From: Sedimentisphaerales bacterium
GTDB taxonomy: Bacteria > Planctomycetota > Phycisphaerae > Sedimentisphaerales > SM23-30
Length of the DNA stretch: 64,000 nt
Direction: 5' to 3'
Assembly: GCA_963663805.2 (NCBI GenBank)
Contig: CAXXMR010000002.1
Span: 64,001 to 128,000, forward strand
Shown: piece after piece, positions 21,661 through 31,232 of the stretch
Position numbering within the stretch: the stretch's first letter is position 1
How the letters are laid out: every line of letters starts with the position of its first letter
Program-made: the position numbers and the translations under genes
Notes under the pieces: generated by a model
Databases searched by the model: none
Told to the model about the DNA's origin: nothing
What the model saw: the letters and a program-made list of their open reading frames with translations, nothing else

Positions 21661-23186
21661 GAGACTGTAGCATAGATACCGGCATTTTTAATGAGATTTT
21701 CGCAAATTAGCCGATAAAACTCCTGGAAGAACAGACCAGTGGAATTTTCCAGGAGAGACGATTATGGCTGGGCCAGGCGAATACGTATCCGATATAACCG
21801 AAGGTATTACTGGTGTTGAAGATTTACCGAAAGCAAAAATCAAACGGCGTTCACGCACCTACAAAAAGCGTCCTTGCCCCCATTGCGGCCACTCGTCGTA
21901 TCGAGACAAAGTCTTCAGGCGAAAACTGCATGACCTCGGAGACCTGGCTGCCAACCGTCCCATCGAGATTTGGGTCAGCTATTCACAGCATCGTTGTTCA
22001 AAATGCAAACGATACTTCAATGCCGACCTCACTGATCTTGCGGACCCCGGCTGTCACTATACCCGTCGGGTTGTTCACCTGGCCGTGCGTTTGGTTGTGG
22101 AGGACGGCCTGCCGTACCGCCCGGCATCATGGCACTTGTGGCGAGACCACAGAGTTTTTGTCCCTTGGGCTACAATTCAAAACTGGGTTGAGGCGACGGG
22201 GAAAAAAAGCTGAGCAACGAATTACAACTGAGTACCTTGATGGTGTTCTGGCTGATTTCTCCGGCTATATTGCAGCGGACGAATTATATGATGGGCCATT
22301 CTGCGTCTTATCCATAGTGGATAACCACACCTTCAAACGGCTCATCTACGAGGTTCTTGACCATAATCCCACTCATGAAGATATAACAAACTTTTCCTTT
22401 CGGTTTCGGACCGAACTGGTACAAAGAACGCTGACATTACGGGGTGTTACGACCGACGGCTCGCCTTTATATCCGGAGCCATTGGCGCTGATATTTCCTG
22501 ACGCTGCTCATCAGGTGTGCGAATTTCATGTCCTCAAGGAGATCAACAGAGAAATACTCAAAGCTGTTACGAAAGTACGACGAGAGCTCAAGGCAAAGTT
22601 GCCCAAGCTGAAACGTGGCCGTCCATCGTCTTCTTCCGCGAAGAAAGCGGCATCACGCAAGAAGAAACAGGAAAAGAAAATTGCCGATCTGTTTGAGCAC
22701 AGATATTTATTTGTACAACATTCATTGAGTTCGAAGGATAAGAAGAAGTTTTTGCATATAACCAGAGGCTTGCCAAACCTGAGAAATTTACGCTCGATCA
22801 TGGATCAGGTTTATCGTCTTTTTGACCGTCGTTGTCGAACGGAAACGGCATTGGAAAAGTTGGCTGTGTTACGCCGGCGAATTGGGCGATTCAAAACCTT
22901 GCGACAGACTCTTAAGAAATTGTTCACCCCCAATATCGAAAAGGCGTTGACCTTCCTTGATGATTCACAACTGCCGTCAACGTCCAACGCGGTTGAACGG
23001 GGCTATCGCCGCCATCGAAAAATGCAGAAGAGTGTCTATCGAGTGCGAACTCAAACCAATATCAGCCAGCGGGTGGCTATTGATATGCAGCGTGACGAGC
23101 AGTCCCAAGGCCGTTTACGAACTACAACAACACTTCATGAAGAAAGGACTGGAATGCTATGTTGCCGGTAAAGATGCTACAGAGTC
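21661..23186 (+). mobile_element. ~1.5-kb insertion sequence, DDE transposase (ISL3-like or unclassified)
   Basis: 24-bp imperfect terminal IRs GAGACTGTAGCATAGATACCGGCA / rc GACTCTGTAGCATCTTTACCGGCA (19/24). Flanks GTTTTTTA and GTTTTTTT are a possible 8-bp TSD with one mismatch. Confidence 0.85.
21764..23171 (+). CDS. Transposase split over two frames at GGGGAAAAAAAG (orfA 21764-22213 zinc finger/HTH; orfB catalytic part to 23171)
   Basis: orfA has CPHCG...HRCSKC; orfB has AADELY, TTDGS, QVCEFH, TSNAVER. Frames join at 22198-22209. Confidence 0.8.
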
Positions 23187-23258
23187 GTTTTTTTAGAGTT
23201 TTTTATACGAAGATTATCGTATTACTGACACCCCTTGATAATTCCCCTCGGAACCCCC

Positions 23259-23387
23259 TGCATAGCGGGCACGTTTGTATTCAGCGAGAATGCCCTGCAA
23301 AGCGGCCACATCCACACCGGGAAAATCGTCAGGATGCAAAGTAAAACCATCAATCATCCCTTCGGCCAGAGCCGCAATATCATTTTT
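23259..23387 (-). pseudogene. Remnant of an FN3-family gene (paralog of 52283-52891)
   Basis: Minus strand translates KNDIAALAEGMIDGFTLHPDDFPGVDVAALQGILAEYKRAR, aligning by eye with EADIVALAEALVNGLTDNIGIYP. No start codon upstream of the homologous segment and no FN3 domain. Confidence 0.55.
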
Positions 23388-23624
23388 CCCTTTTTTCTTA
23401 TGTTTGGTAAGGGATTATAGTTGGGGGTGGGGATGAAATTAAGGTGGAGCTTCGGAAAGTCTCTGTCGTGGCGAGTTTTTACTGGTTATGGGGTGGGAAA
23501 TACGGTATCATAAATAGGCAGAGAGAGTGATTGCCCATTTCGGGCGGTTGATTATTGACGAGGCTGGTAAAACATTATGTTTTCCGGCAGGGTAGAGAGA
23601 TAGGCAACTAAAGGGAGAATCGTC

Positions 23625-24743
23625 ATGGAGAGATTCTGTAATTATTTATTGGTGATGGTGTTATGTGCGTTTCTGGCAGGTTCAACCTGGGGTGCGACCG
23701 TTGGTACGATCGATCCTAGCGTTTCGGCGGTGGGAACTTTTGTGGGTACAGCGGGTTGGACGTGGTGGCAGGGTGAGCCAGGGCAGGCAGGTTCGGTTCA
23801 GTGGAATTGTAATCCGGGCGGCTCGACTTACGCAATGCAGGTTGAGGCCTTGAGCGGGAGTGGAATTTTAACGGTTCCGGCTGAGCCGACGATACCGGCG
23901 GTTGTGGGCGGGCCGGTGGTTACTCCGGAAGACCTGCCGTGGTCGCGAAAATTTAGTGAATCGCCGGCAGGTTGGGCGTTGCCTGATACAAATGTTTGGG
24001 ACACGGTTGAGAAATGGGTAGGCGAGTATGACGCCCCGTGGTGCAGCGGTTATGCCAGTGGGCAGGCAGAGGTACATGAGACGGGCTGGGCTATGCAGGC
24101 GATGATGTCAACCAAGGCTTATGCTGGGGTTGGTCAGCCTTTGACGAGTTCCTATGCGGCAGCTTATGACCCCTGGACTTTGCATGATTTCGCTCCGCTT
24201 TCTGCCGGTGTAGAAATGGCGATGGCAACTAGCGACGGTGATAGCGTGGATGGTGGATTGACATTACAGATGCCGATTAGCATGTATAGTGTTTTGGGCG
24301 CGAGCGGTAGTGAGGCAGGCCATGAGGCCATGAGTGAGCTTCTGATACATTCGGAAATAGACGGGCATTTGCTGGTAGATATCGCAGTAAAAGTTATAAG
24401 TGTGGATGGGGTGAACAGTATTTTGCCAGCGACGGTGAGTGTGGGTGAGGGCGTAGAGTTAATTTTTATGGGGGGTGTGGTGACGCCGGAACAGTTGGCG
24501 GGCTTATTGTCATCGTTTATTTATGATCCGGTCCAGGGAGCATGGCAGATGAATTCTGGTATTGTTGTTGAATATGAACTGCCTTATGATATTGATTATT
24601 ATGTTCAGGGCGGGGCGTTGGACGCGAAGTTTAATATTTCGTGTAACAGTTACGCGGCGGTTCCGGAGCCGATTAGTTTGGTGCTGTTGTGCGGGGGTAT
24701 GGTGATGTTGAGGAGAGCTCGCCATAACTGCTCGGAAGTATAG
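23625..24743 (+). CDS. PEP-CTERM sorting-domain protein
   Basis: Signal peptide; C-terminal VPEPISLVLLCGGMVMLRRAR; AAGGGAG RBS. Confidence 0.9.
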   Translation: MERFCNYLLVMVLCAFLAGSTWGATVGTIDPSVSAVGTFVGTAGWTWWQGEPGQAGSVQWNCNPGGSTYAMQVEALSGSGILTVPAEPTIPAVVGGPVVTPEDLPWSRKFSESPAGWALPDTNVWDTVEKWVGEYDAPWCSGYASGQAEVHETGWAMQAMMSTKAYAGVGQPLTSSYAAAYDPWTLHDFAPLSAGVEMAMATSDGDSVDGGLTLQMPISMYSVLGASGSEAGHEAMSELLIHSEIDGHLLVDIAVKVISVDGVNSILPATVSVGEGVELIFMGGVVTPEQLAGLLSSFIYDPVQGAWQMNSGIVVEYELPYDIDYYVQGGALDAKFNISCNSYAAVPEPISLVLLCGGMVMLRRARHNCSEV

Positions 24744-24796
24744 TGTTTCCATCCCTTTTTGAAAGTGGACAACAATTCAACCGGCGGATTCAATTT

Positions 24797-26992
24797 TTAT
24801 TCCGCTAGACGCGCTCGCCAGGGGGATTGCTCGTCGGACGTGGTTTTTAGTAATACTTCGATGGCGTGGTTAGCTTCATCATCCTGCCCACAGCGGCGGA
24901 GGCACTGGATGCCGTAAAAGCGTGCTTCCCACCAGTAATATTTGCTCTGTGGTTCGCCGTCATTATCGACGGCCTTACGAATGGTGTACCATAATTTCCG
25001 TGATGATTCGTAATCACCAGTTGCGAAGGCGAGTTGGGCTTTGACCCGGATTTGCCAGAGTGTGTTTTCGCTGGGGAATTTATCTAATAATGACTGAGCA
25101 GCGGTGATTAGTTCTTCCCGCGGGTCGGCAAGAGCCGCGAGTGCGATAATTTCCAATGACCACTTATCCTGCATTTTCCGGGCGACCGGCAGGGCGGCTC
25201 GCAGCAGCGGCGCGAGTTTGTCATCGTCTTTGCTATGAAGTTCTAAAATTTCCTGACGGATTGCGGCAAGTAATGTTTTGGGGATATTACTGCCGCCTTG
25301 ATTGAGATATTCGGTAAGTTCGCTAAGGGATCTGGGATAGTCCTGAGCGGTTTGGCAGGCACGGAATTTTAGGTGAAATATTATCTCGCGTTGGTTTTTC
25401 GGCAGGTTATTGAATGGTTTAAGGATGTTGAGGCATTGTTGTGGGCGGGGCGGGGTTTCGTTGAGATATATTTCGGCGAGTTTTACGGCGGCGTAAAGTG
25501 CTGTCTGGTTATCTTTTTGTTGGGCGATGGTTTCCAGTTCGCTCGGGGCTTGCTGGTATAGTTCGGGGGTTTCCAGGGCTGAAAGGGCGGCGTAGTATTT
25601 TGCTTGGGGGTAGTTGGTGTCATCAGTTCTGGCCTGGAGGAATTGTTCGCGGGCGGCGGGGTGGTTATTGAGTTGGCGTAATATCTGGCCGTAATAGTAA
25701 CGCTGTTTGTCAACGGCGGGTGAGGGGGCATGGCGGACGCTGAAAAGGGCGAAGGTTTTCTGGGCGAGGCCCGCGTATTTTTCGTTGTCGATGGTGAAGA
25801 GTTGATAAGCGACTTTGGCGGCGGTCTCCAGAATGAATTCTTCGGTGTCGGGTTTATTCTCGGCGAGCTTGAGCCAGGTTGATACCGCCTGGGCCAGGTC
25901 GTCGGGGTTATTATTCTGATGGCCTAGCTGGTAGAAGGCGCGGCCGAGATTGTAAAGCGTGGGGTTATAATTGGGGTGGTCTCTCAGGTGGGTGCGGATA
26001 AATTCCTGATAGATGTCGATGAGGGCGGTGTGGTTTTTCTGTTCGGTGTAGAGTTGGGCGAGAATCTCGGTTTCGATGTCGTCGAGAGGGCGGGGTAGTT
26101 TTTCGATAGAACCGAAATTTTTGAGGGCGGCGGCGAGGATTTGGCCTAGCCAGTTGTCTATAATGGCGCGGGCATCTTTGTTGCGGCTGCGTAATTGTTT
26201 GCAGGGGATAAGTTGGGAAGGTGAGGGCAGGAATTCGGTAGTTTTGTGATTGGTTGCGGTTAGGTTTCTCAGGATTAAGATACGTAATGGCCAGAGGCCG
26301 GTGGAGTTGGTAAGGGATTTTTCGAGGTTGTCGAGCTCGATTTTGTAATCCTGATTGCATTGGAGGCGGCAGAGGATTTTTTCGAGTTTGGTCTGCGGGG
26401 CCAGGGCGGTGTTTTCCAGGGGAGTGAAATATTCTCTTACTTCGGTGAGGCGTTCGGGGTTGTCGGCGGCTATGGTGCGCAGCAGGCGGCCTATGAGAAG
26501 GCGGAGTTCGATGTTTTCGTCGCTGTTCAGTTCGTAAACGCCACGGAGTTCGCGCAGGGTGTCAGCGAGATTTGTTTTTGATGGGTCGGTCGTCAGGCAG
26601 AGGGATTTGGCCCGGATGGTTATCAGGGCCATTTGCAGGGTGCGGGTTGGTTCGTAGAGGGTGCCGAATTTTTCCTGCCAGTTGAGTCCTTCGTAGTTGT
26701 CCATCTGGCTGAGCATTTCATCTATGCTTTGCTGAACGGTGGTCAGGCGAGTCTGGGTGGAATTGAGGGTGCGGGTTAGTTTGTCGGTGTCGGGGGTGAG
26801 GAATAGGGTTTGCTCGAATTTGATTTGCCACCAGAGCAGTTCGGCCTGAGCGGTCAGGGAGTCCAGTTGGGTTAGTTCCTGGCGGAGTTGCTCGATTTGT
26901 TTGCTGGTGATTTCCTGGGCGCTGGTTGGGGGTGATAGGATTGTTAGCAGGATGAGGATTGATAATAATAATTGGATGGTTATGGTTTTCAT
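24797..26992 (-). CDS. Secreted/periplasmic TPR-like alpha-helical protein
   Basis: Signal peptide from MKTITIQLLL (ATG 26992; track start 27055); TPR-like YNLGRAFYQLG, YYYGQIL, AKYYAALS, WWEARF. Confidence 0.7.
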   Translation of the reverse strand: MKTITIQLLLSILILLTILSPPTSAQEITSKQIEQLRQELTQLDSLTAQAELLWWQIKFEQTLFLTPDTDKLTRTLNSTQTRLTTVQQSIDEMLSQMDNYEGLNWQEKFGTLYEPTRTLQMALITIRAKSLCLTTDPSKTNLADTLRELRGVYELNSDENIELRLLIGRLLRTIAADNPERLTEVREYFTPLENTALAPQTKLEKILCRLQCNQDYKIELDNLEKSLTNSTGLWPLRILILRNLTATNHKTTEFLPSPSQLIPCKQLRSRNKDARAIIDNWLGQILAAALKNFGSIEKLPRPLDDIETEILAQLYTEQKNHTALIDIYQEFIRTHLRDHPNYNPTLYNLGRAFYQLGHQNNNPDDLAQAVSTWLKLAENKPDTEEFILETAAKVAYQLFTIDNEKYAGLAQKTFALFSVRHAPSPAVDKQRYYYGQILRQLNNHPAAREQFLQARTDDTNYPQAKYYAALSALETPELYQQAPSELETIAQQKDNQTALYAAVKLAEIYLNETPPRPQQCLNILKPFNNLPKNQREIIFHLKFRACQTAQDYPRSLSELTEYLNQGGSNIPKTLLAAIRQEILELHSKDDDKLAPLLRAALPVARKMQDKWSLEIIALAALADPREELITAAQSLLDKFPSENTLWQIRVKAQLAFATGDYESSRKLWYTIRKAVDNDGEPQSKYYWWEARFYGIQCLRRCGQDDEANHAIEVLLKTTSDEQSPWRARLAE

Positions 26993-27125
26993 TATAATAA
27001 TAAGGTTTTTGTGTTCGATCCGGCCGCTTACGCGGCTCGGGTTTTGTTTGGGCAACTGGCCTTACGTCCTCGGCTAAGTACTCTTACAGCCCTTTCTGGG
27101 TCTGACAGGGAAGCTACGTTATAAT

Positions 27126-27596
27126 TTAGTCAGCGCGGGCGAAGATTATGTTGTTCAGGCCTGCCTGCCAAAGGGCGTCGTAGGCTTTTACTACGTAGTC
27201 CCAGTTGGTTTGGGCGGTTGGTGCTAATTTGACGGGGTCGCTGAGGCGGCGACCTTCTTTATGTAAAACATCTTGTACGGTTCGGCTGAGCAGGTTGAAC
27301 TGGTCATGGCTGAGCAGGAGTTTTTCGCTGCCGACGCGGACCTGGCAGAGTGAGCCCTGCGGCTGGATGATGACTGCCAGTGGTTCGATCTCGCTGATGG
27401 TTTCAGCGGTGTTTTGTTGGGGCAGCTCGGCGGGCAGGAAGCCTTCCTTACTGCGAAAGTTGGCGGTGAGTAAAAAGAAGATGAGCAGCAGGAAGACCAC
27501 GTCTATCATGGGGACCATGCGCAGTTGGGGTTTGCCGCTTTGACGGCGGAGGATTTTGAGCGGGTAGAAGCCGTGATGTTCGGTGCGTTTGCTCAT
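27126..27596 (-). CDS. exbD: ExbD/TolR-family protein
   Basis: LRMVPMIDVVFLLLIFFLL. True start ATG 27596 overlaps the upstream stop (ATGA). Confidence 0.88.
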   Translation of the reverse strand: MSKRTEHHGFYPLKILRRQSGKPQLRMVPMIDVVFLLLIFFLLTANFRSKEGFLPAELPQQNTAETISEIEPLAVIIQPQGSLCQVRVGSEKLLLSHDQFNLLSRTVQDVLHKEGRRLSDPVKLAPTAQTNWDYVVKAYDALWQAGLNNIIFARAD

Positions 27597-28090
27597 GGTG
27601 TTACCTCGCCGGGGTTGGTGGGGGTGTCTTGTTCGGTGCGGTAGGCGGCAAGTTGTACTCGTTGTACGCCAGCGCGGGCGAGGGCTTCCAGAGCGGTCTG
27701 GACCTCGATGTAGCCCAGGTCGGCGTGGGCACGCAGGTGGACGACGGCTTGTTTTTTGCGGGCGGTTTCGCTGCGGATTTCGTTGGCGAGGTCGGTGACG
27801 ATCTGTTGGTGTTCGGTCTGGGTGAAGGTTCGACCGCGTACGGCGTAGGTGAGCTGGTTTTCTTTGGCGTCCCGGAATACGGAGACGGTGACGGCGTTTT
27901 CGTCGGGGGTGTCGGGCACGAGAGCAGCGGGGCAGGCATCGGGCAGGATAAGTTGGTAATTTTCTCTGGTGATGAACTGGCAGACTAGCATGAAGAAGAT
28001 TATGAGCAGAAAGACAATGTCTATCATCGCGGTCATGTTGAACTGTGTGTCGCGGTCGGTGCTGGATAGTATCGATTTTCTTAGTGACAT
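27593..28090 (-). CDS. exbD: ExbD/TolR-family protein
   Basis: FNMTAMIDIVFLLIIFFML, VHLRAHAD, AGVQRV. Confidence 0.88.
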   Translation of the reverse strand: MSLRKSILSSTDRDTQFNMTAMIDIVFLLIIFFMLVCQFITRENYQLILPDACPAALVPDTPDENAVTVSVFRDAKENQLTYAVRGRTFTQTEHQQIVTDLANEIRSETARKKQAVVHLRAHADLGYIEVQTALEALARAGVQRVQLAAYRTEQDTPTNPGEVTP

Positions 28091-28100
28091 TATTTTTCTT

Positions 28101-28172
28101 AAGCTCTAAATCCCAAGTTCTAAATTCTAAACAATATCTAAACGAAAAAAAATCAAACTTCAAACTTCAAAC
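28101..28172. repeat. Intergenic ~7-nt-period low-complexity element
   Basis: ctctaaa tcccaag ttctaaa ttctaaa caatatc taa...tcaaact tcaaact tcaaac. Confidence 0.5.
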
Positions 28173-28188
28173 AACATCAGCGACATGG

Positions 28189-28947
28189 TTATGCTTGTTC
28201 ATCTTCTGGTTTTATTTTGGTGCCGGAGCGGGTCTGGATGATGTGGGTGGTGGGGGTGGCGACGCTGGAGAGTAGTTCTTCGGCGATGACGGCTGCTTCG
28301 GATGAGATGGAGTCGATGCGGTTGCGGAGGAAACCGAAGGCGGCCAGGGCGGGGATGGCGACGATGAGGCCCCACCAGGTTGTTACCAGAGCGACGGATA
28401 TTCCACCTGCCAGTTCGCTGGGTTCGGGTTGGCCGCCTGCTCGTACGATTTCGTTGAAGGCGTCGATCATGCCCCAGACGGTTCCGAAGAGGCCTATCAT
28501 GGGTGCGACGTTGCCGATGATGTTTAGCCATTCGATTTTGCGGAGCAGGTCGGCGGTGTCCTGTTCGAGCATTTCGGCCATTGAATATTCCATGGCTGAG
28601 CGTCCGTTGCGTGCTTCGCGCAGGCCGGCGTAGAGTACGCGGGAAAGGAAACTGTCTTCCTCCTTGAGGAATTCGAGCAGTGATTTTACGCGTGAGTCGG
28701 CAACTGATTCGCGGGCATGGGCGGCGACGCTGTTGGGCAGGAGTCGGCTGCGACGAATGAGCAGGCACGACTGGACGATTTGTTTGATGGTCAGTATCGA
28801 CAGCGGCAGCAGTACGCACCAGACGAGATAGCCACCGGCGATGAGGAAGTCGCCAACACGACTGCCGCTTTGCTGCTGGGCGAGCAGGTCGCTGGTGAAG
28901 ACTGTTAGAAATATGGCTGCTAGTGTCATAATTGTTAGATGTCTCAT
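28189..28947 (-). CDS. exbB: MotA/TolQ/ExbB proton channel protein
   Basis: IGNVAPMIGLFGTVWGMIDAF, LAGGISVALVTTWWGLIVAIPA. Confidence 0.92.
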   Translation of the reverse strand: MRHLTIMTLAAIFLTVFTSDLLAQQQSGSRVGDFLIAGGYLVWCVLLPLSILTIKQIVQSCLLIRRSRLLPNSVAAHARESVADSRVKSLLEFLKEEDSFLSRVLYAGLREARNGRSAMEYSMAEMLEQDTADLLRKIEWLNIIGNVAPMIGLFGTVWGMIDAFNEIVRAGGQPEPSELAGGISVALVTTWWGLIVAIPALAAFGFLRNRIDSISSEAAVIAEELLSSVATPTTHIIQTRSGTKIKPEDEQA

Positions 28948-28959
28948 TTTTCTTACCTG

Positions 28960-29925
28960 TTATTGTTGAGAGCGGGTTGGGGGTTGGGCCATTTCTTCGT
29001 CGCTTACGAATTCGAAAGTTCCGTTATAGGTTTGGGCGATCTGGCGTAGGAATTCTTCGTTGTCGCGATTGCCGCAGGCGATAACATTAACGATGGCTGG
29101 TTTGGCTCGCTGGTTCTGGAGTTGGGCCAGTGAGTTGGCGATAATCTGCTGTTCATACTGGCCGTCGGTGAGCAGGTAGATAAGGTCGGCGGTTTGGCCG
29201 TCCCTGCTTTGGGCGGTAAGGGCGGCGGTTAGTGCGTTTGCCACGGCCTGGGCGGCGGATTGGGAATCGGTGACGGTGCGGAGTTTGGCGTTTCGTACGA
29301 AATCGTGGGCTTGCAGGCGGTTGGCGGAACCGGCTCTGATAAGTTTGCCGGGTTCAAGCTCGATTGGTTCACCGGCGGCATAAAAAATTACGGTGAAAAA
29401 TTTGTCAGCACCGAGCAGTCCGATCGAACGCAGCAGTTCAGAGCGGACATAATCGAATGCCATTATCATGCTGCCGGAACAATCGACTACGTAAGCGATG
29501 CAGCTGCCGGAAGCGGAGATGTTACAGAAACTTCCTACGGTTAAGGAGGCGATGGAGGTGGTGGTGCCTGCTGAGGCAGTGCCGGGTCCGGTGGCGGCGA
29601 TGACGGCGTCGGTGGCGGGCAGATTGGGCAGGTCGGCTAGCGTGTCGGGGGTAGTCGGTTGGGGTTCTTGCAGAGTTGGTGGTTCGGGGGGGGCTTCGAC
29701 CTGGAGATTTTCGACGAAGGTTTCGACTTCGAGCGGGTTGGATTCTTTGGCGAGGGAGCTGGTCGGTACCTCACGTTCGGGCGAGGGGGTTTCCACGGCG
29801 CGAAGCGACAGGGCAGCCAGGAGTGCTATTATAATAAGGTGTACGGCGACGGAGACTGCCCAACCGGAGTAGGAGGCGGACCATTTGCGGATACCCTTTG
29901 TGTTATGTCCCATTGCCTCTGCCAT
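28960..29925 (-). CDS. Membrane-anchored VWA-domain protein with TonB-like anchor and Pro-rich linker
   Basis: TM segment WAVSVAVHLIIIALL (S-x3-H), PPEPPTLQEPQP linker, MIDAS VVDCSGSM and LLTDG. Start 29925 or 29913 is supported by the promoter at 29962-29990. Confidence 0.8.
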   Translation of the reverse strand: MAEAMGHNTKGIRKWSASYSGWAVSVAVHLIIIALLAALSLRAVETPSPEREVPTSSLAKESNPLEVETFVENLQVEAPPEPPTLQEPQPTTPDTLADLPNLPATDAVIAATGPGTASAGTTTSIASLTVGSFCNISASGSCIAYVVDCSGSMIMAFDYVRSELLRSIGLLGADKFFTVIFYAAGEPIELEPGKLIRAGSANRLQAHDFVRNAKLRTVTDSQSAAQAVANALTAALTAQSRDGQTADLIYLLTDGQYEQQIIANSLAQLQNQRAKPAIVNVIACGNRDNEEFLRQIAQTYNGTFEFVSDEEMAQPPTRSQQ

Positions 29926-29961
29926 TTGCTCTTGCCGATTAAACCATTTTGACCAGGTGAT

Positions 29962-29990
29962 ATAGTATCGCAGGGGGATGGTTTCGTCAA
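29962..29990 (-). promoter_or_regulatory. sigma70-type promoter of the VWA-exbBDD-TPR operon
   Basis: Minus strand TTGACG-N17-TACTAT. Confidence 0.65.
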
Positions 29991-30027
29991 CCGAACGAGT
30001 TTGGAGCAAGGTTATTGCAGGCATTGA

Positions 30028-30056
30028 TTGACCGGGGGCGGTGGGGGTGTTACAAT
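30028..30056 (+). promoter_or_regulatory. sigma70-type promoter, divergent
   Basis: TTGACC-N17-TACAAT with extended TG. Confidence 0.65.
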
Positions 30057-30099
30057 TTGGGTTGGCGGACACATGATTTTTTGATAAGGTATTAATAAC

Positions 30100-30576
30100 A
30101 TGCAGGTTATGGCTAAGGTTGAGCAGGGCGGGGGTAAAACTGAGCGTGGGTCGATGTGGTATCGGTCGGCGGCGGCTCTGGTGGGCGGGGTTTGCCTGAC
30201 TCTGGTTGTGATCGCGTTGAAGGTCGAGCCGGCGGCGGCTGGGTACGGCAGTCATGAGCAGCTTGATTTGCCGCGGTGCGGTTTTCTGGAGCGGACGGGT
30301 TATCCCTGTCCAACCTGCGGAATGACCACGGCGTTTGCTCATGTTGTGCGGGGTCAGTTCGGCAGAGCGATTGCGGCTCAGCCGGTGGGGGCGCTGCTGG
30401 CGGTGATTTGTGTGACGCTTATGGGGGTTAGTTTTCATGCGGCGGTGAGCGGGAAGCGATATAATCTGGCGGGGCTGGTTTTTTATATTAACCGGATAAT
30501 AATCGGCGGGGCGATGATTTTTCTGGCGGGGTGGGGCTGGATGTGTCTGCGGATCTGGCTGAAACATGGAATGTGA
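30100..30576 (+). CDS. DUF2752-like membrane protein
   Basis: HEQLDLPRCGFLERTGYPCPTCGMTTAFAH..RG motif followed by TM helices. Confidence 0.8.
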   Translation: MQVMAKVEQGGGKTERGSMWYRSAAALVGGVCLTLVVIALKVEPAAAGYGSHEQLDLPRCGFLERTGYPCPTCGMTTAFAHVVRGQFGRAIAAQPVGALLAVICVTLMGVSFHAAVSGKRYNLAGLVFYINRIIIGGAMIFLAGWGWMCLRIWLKHGM

Positions 30577-30584
30577 GTGCGAAA

Positions 30585-31217
30585 ATGAAAAAACAATTTG
30601 TGGTTATTCTGGCGGCGATATTGATGCTGAGTGGATGTAACGCTTTGCAGTATCCGGCGTATGTTTTGTTTGGCGGCAGTAAGGTCAAGGTCAAGGCGGA
30701 ATATGAGGGACTCACAGGGCAGAGTACGGCTTTGATGCTGATAAGTCGACCGGGGATTGATTTTGAATTTCCGCTGGCCAAGATCGAGCTTGCTCTGGCG
30801 GCGAATAGTTTGCTGGCGGCGAAAATTGAAGGCTGTACTCTAGTTGACCAGCAGAAGGTGGATGATATTCAGCAGACGAATCTGGACTGGATGAGTATGC
30901 CGTTTTCGCAGTTGGGCGATAAGCTGCAAGCGAATCGGATTGTTTATGTGGATTTGATACAGTTTACTATGAACGAGACTGACGGCAGCGGACTTTTGCG
31001 GGGGCGGCTGGTGGCGGCGGTGAGCGTTTATGAGATTGACGGCAAGTCGCCGGATGGGCCGGTTTATGAAACGGAGATAGCGGTTACTTTACCCAAATAT
31101 GGCCCGACGTTTATGAATAATGGCACGCTGGAGAAATTTTACCGGATGGTCATTGATAAATTTGCTTTAGAGCTGGCTCGGAAATTTTATGACCATAAGG
31201 TCAAAGCTGACGAATAA
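30585..31217 (+). CDS. Hypothetical lipoprotein
   Basis: MKKQFVVILAAILMLSGC lipobox (ATG 30585; track start 30531). Confidence 0.75.
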   Translation: MKKQFVVILAAILMLSGCNALQYPAYVLFGGSKVKVKAEYEGLTGQSTALMLISRPGIDFEFPLAKIELALAANSLLAAKIEGCTLVDQQKVDDIQQTNLDWMSMPFSQLGDKLQANRIVYVDLIQFTMNETDGSGLLRGRLVAAVSVYEIDGKSPDGPVYETEIAVTLPKYGPTFMNNGTLEKFYRMVIDKFALELARKFYDHKVKADE

Positions 31218-31232
31218 TCGGAAAGTTAAATT

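Noticed and set aside
27597..28163. 345-aa version of the second ExbD
   Set aside because: The extension is an off-frame read-through of the first exbD; the real start is ATG 27596
29926..30567. Long N-terminal extension of the VWA ORF (track 28960..30567)
   Set aside because: It overlaps the opposite-strand DUF2752 gene and both divergent promoters; shadow extension
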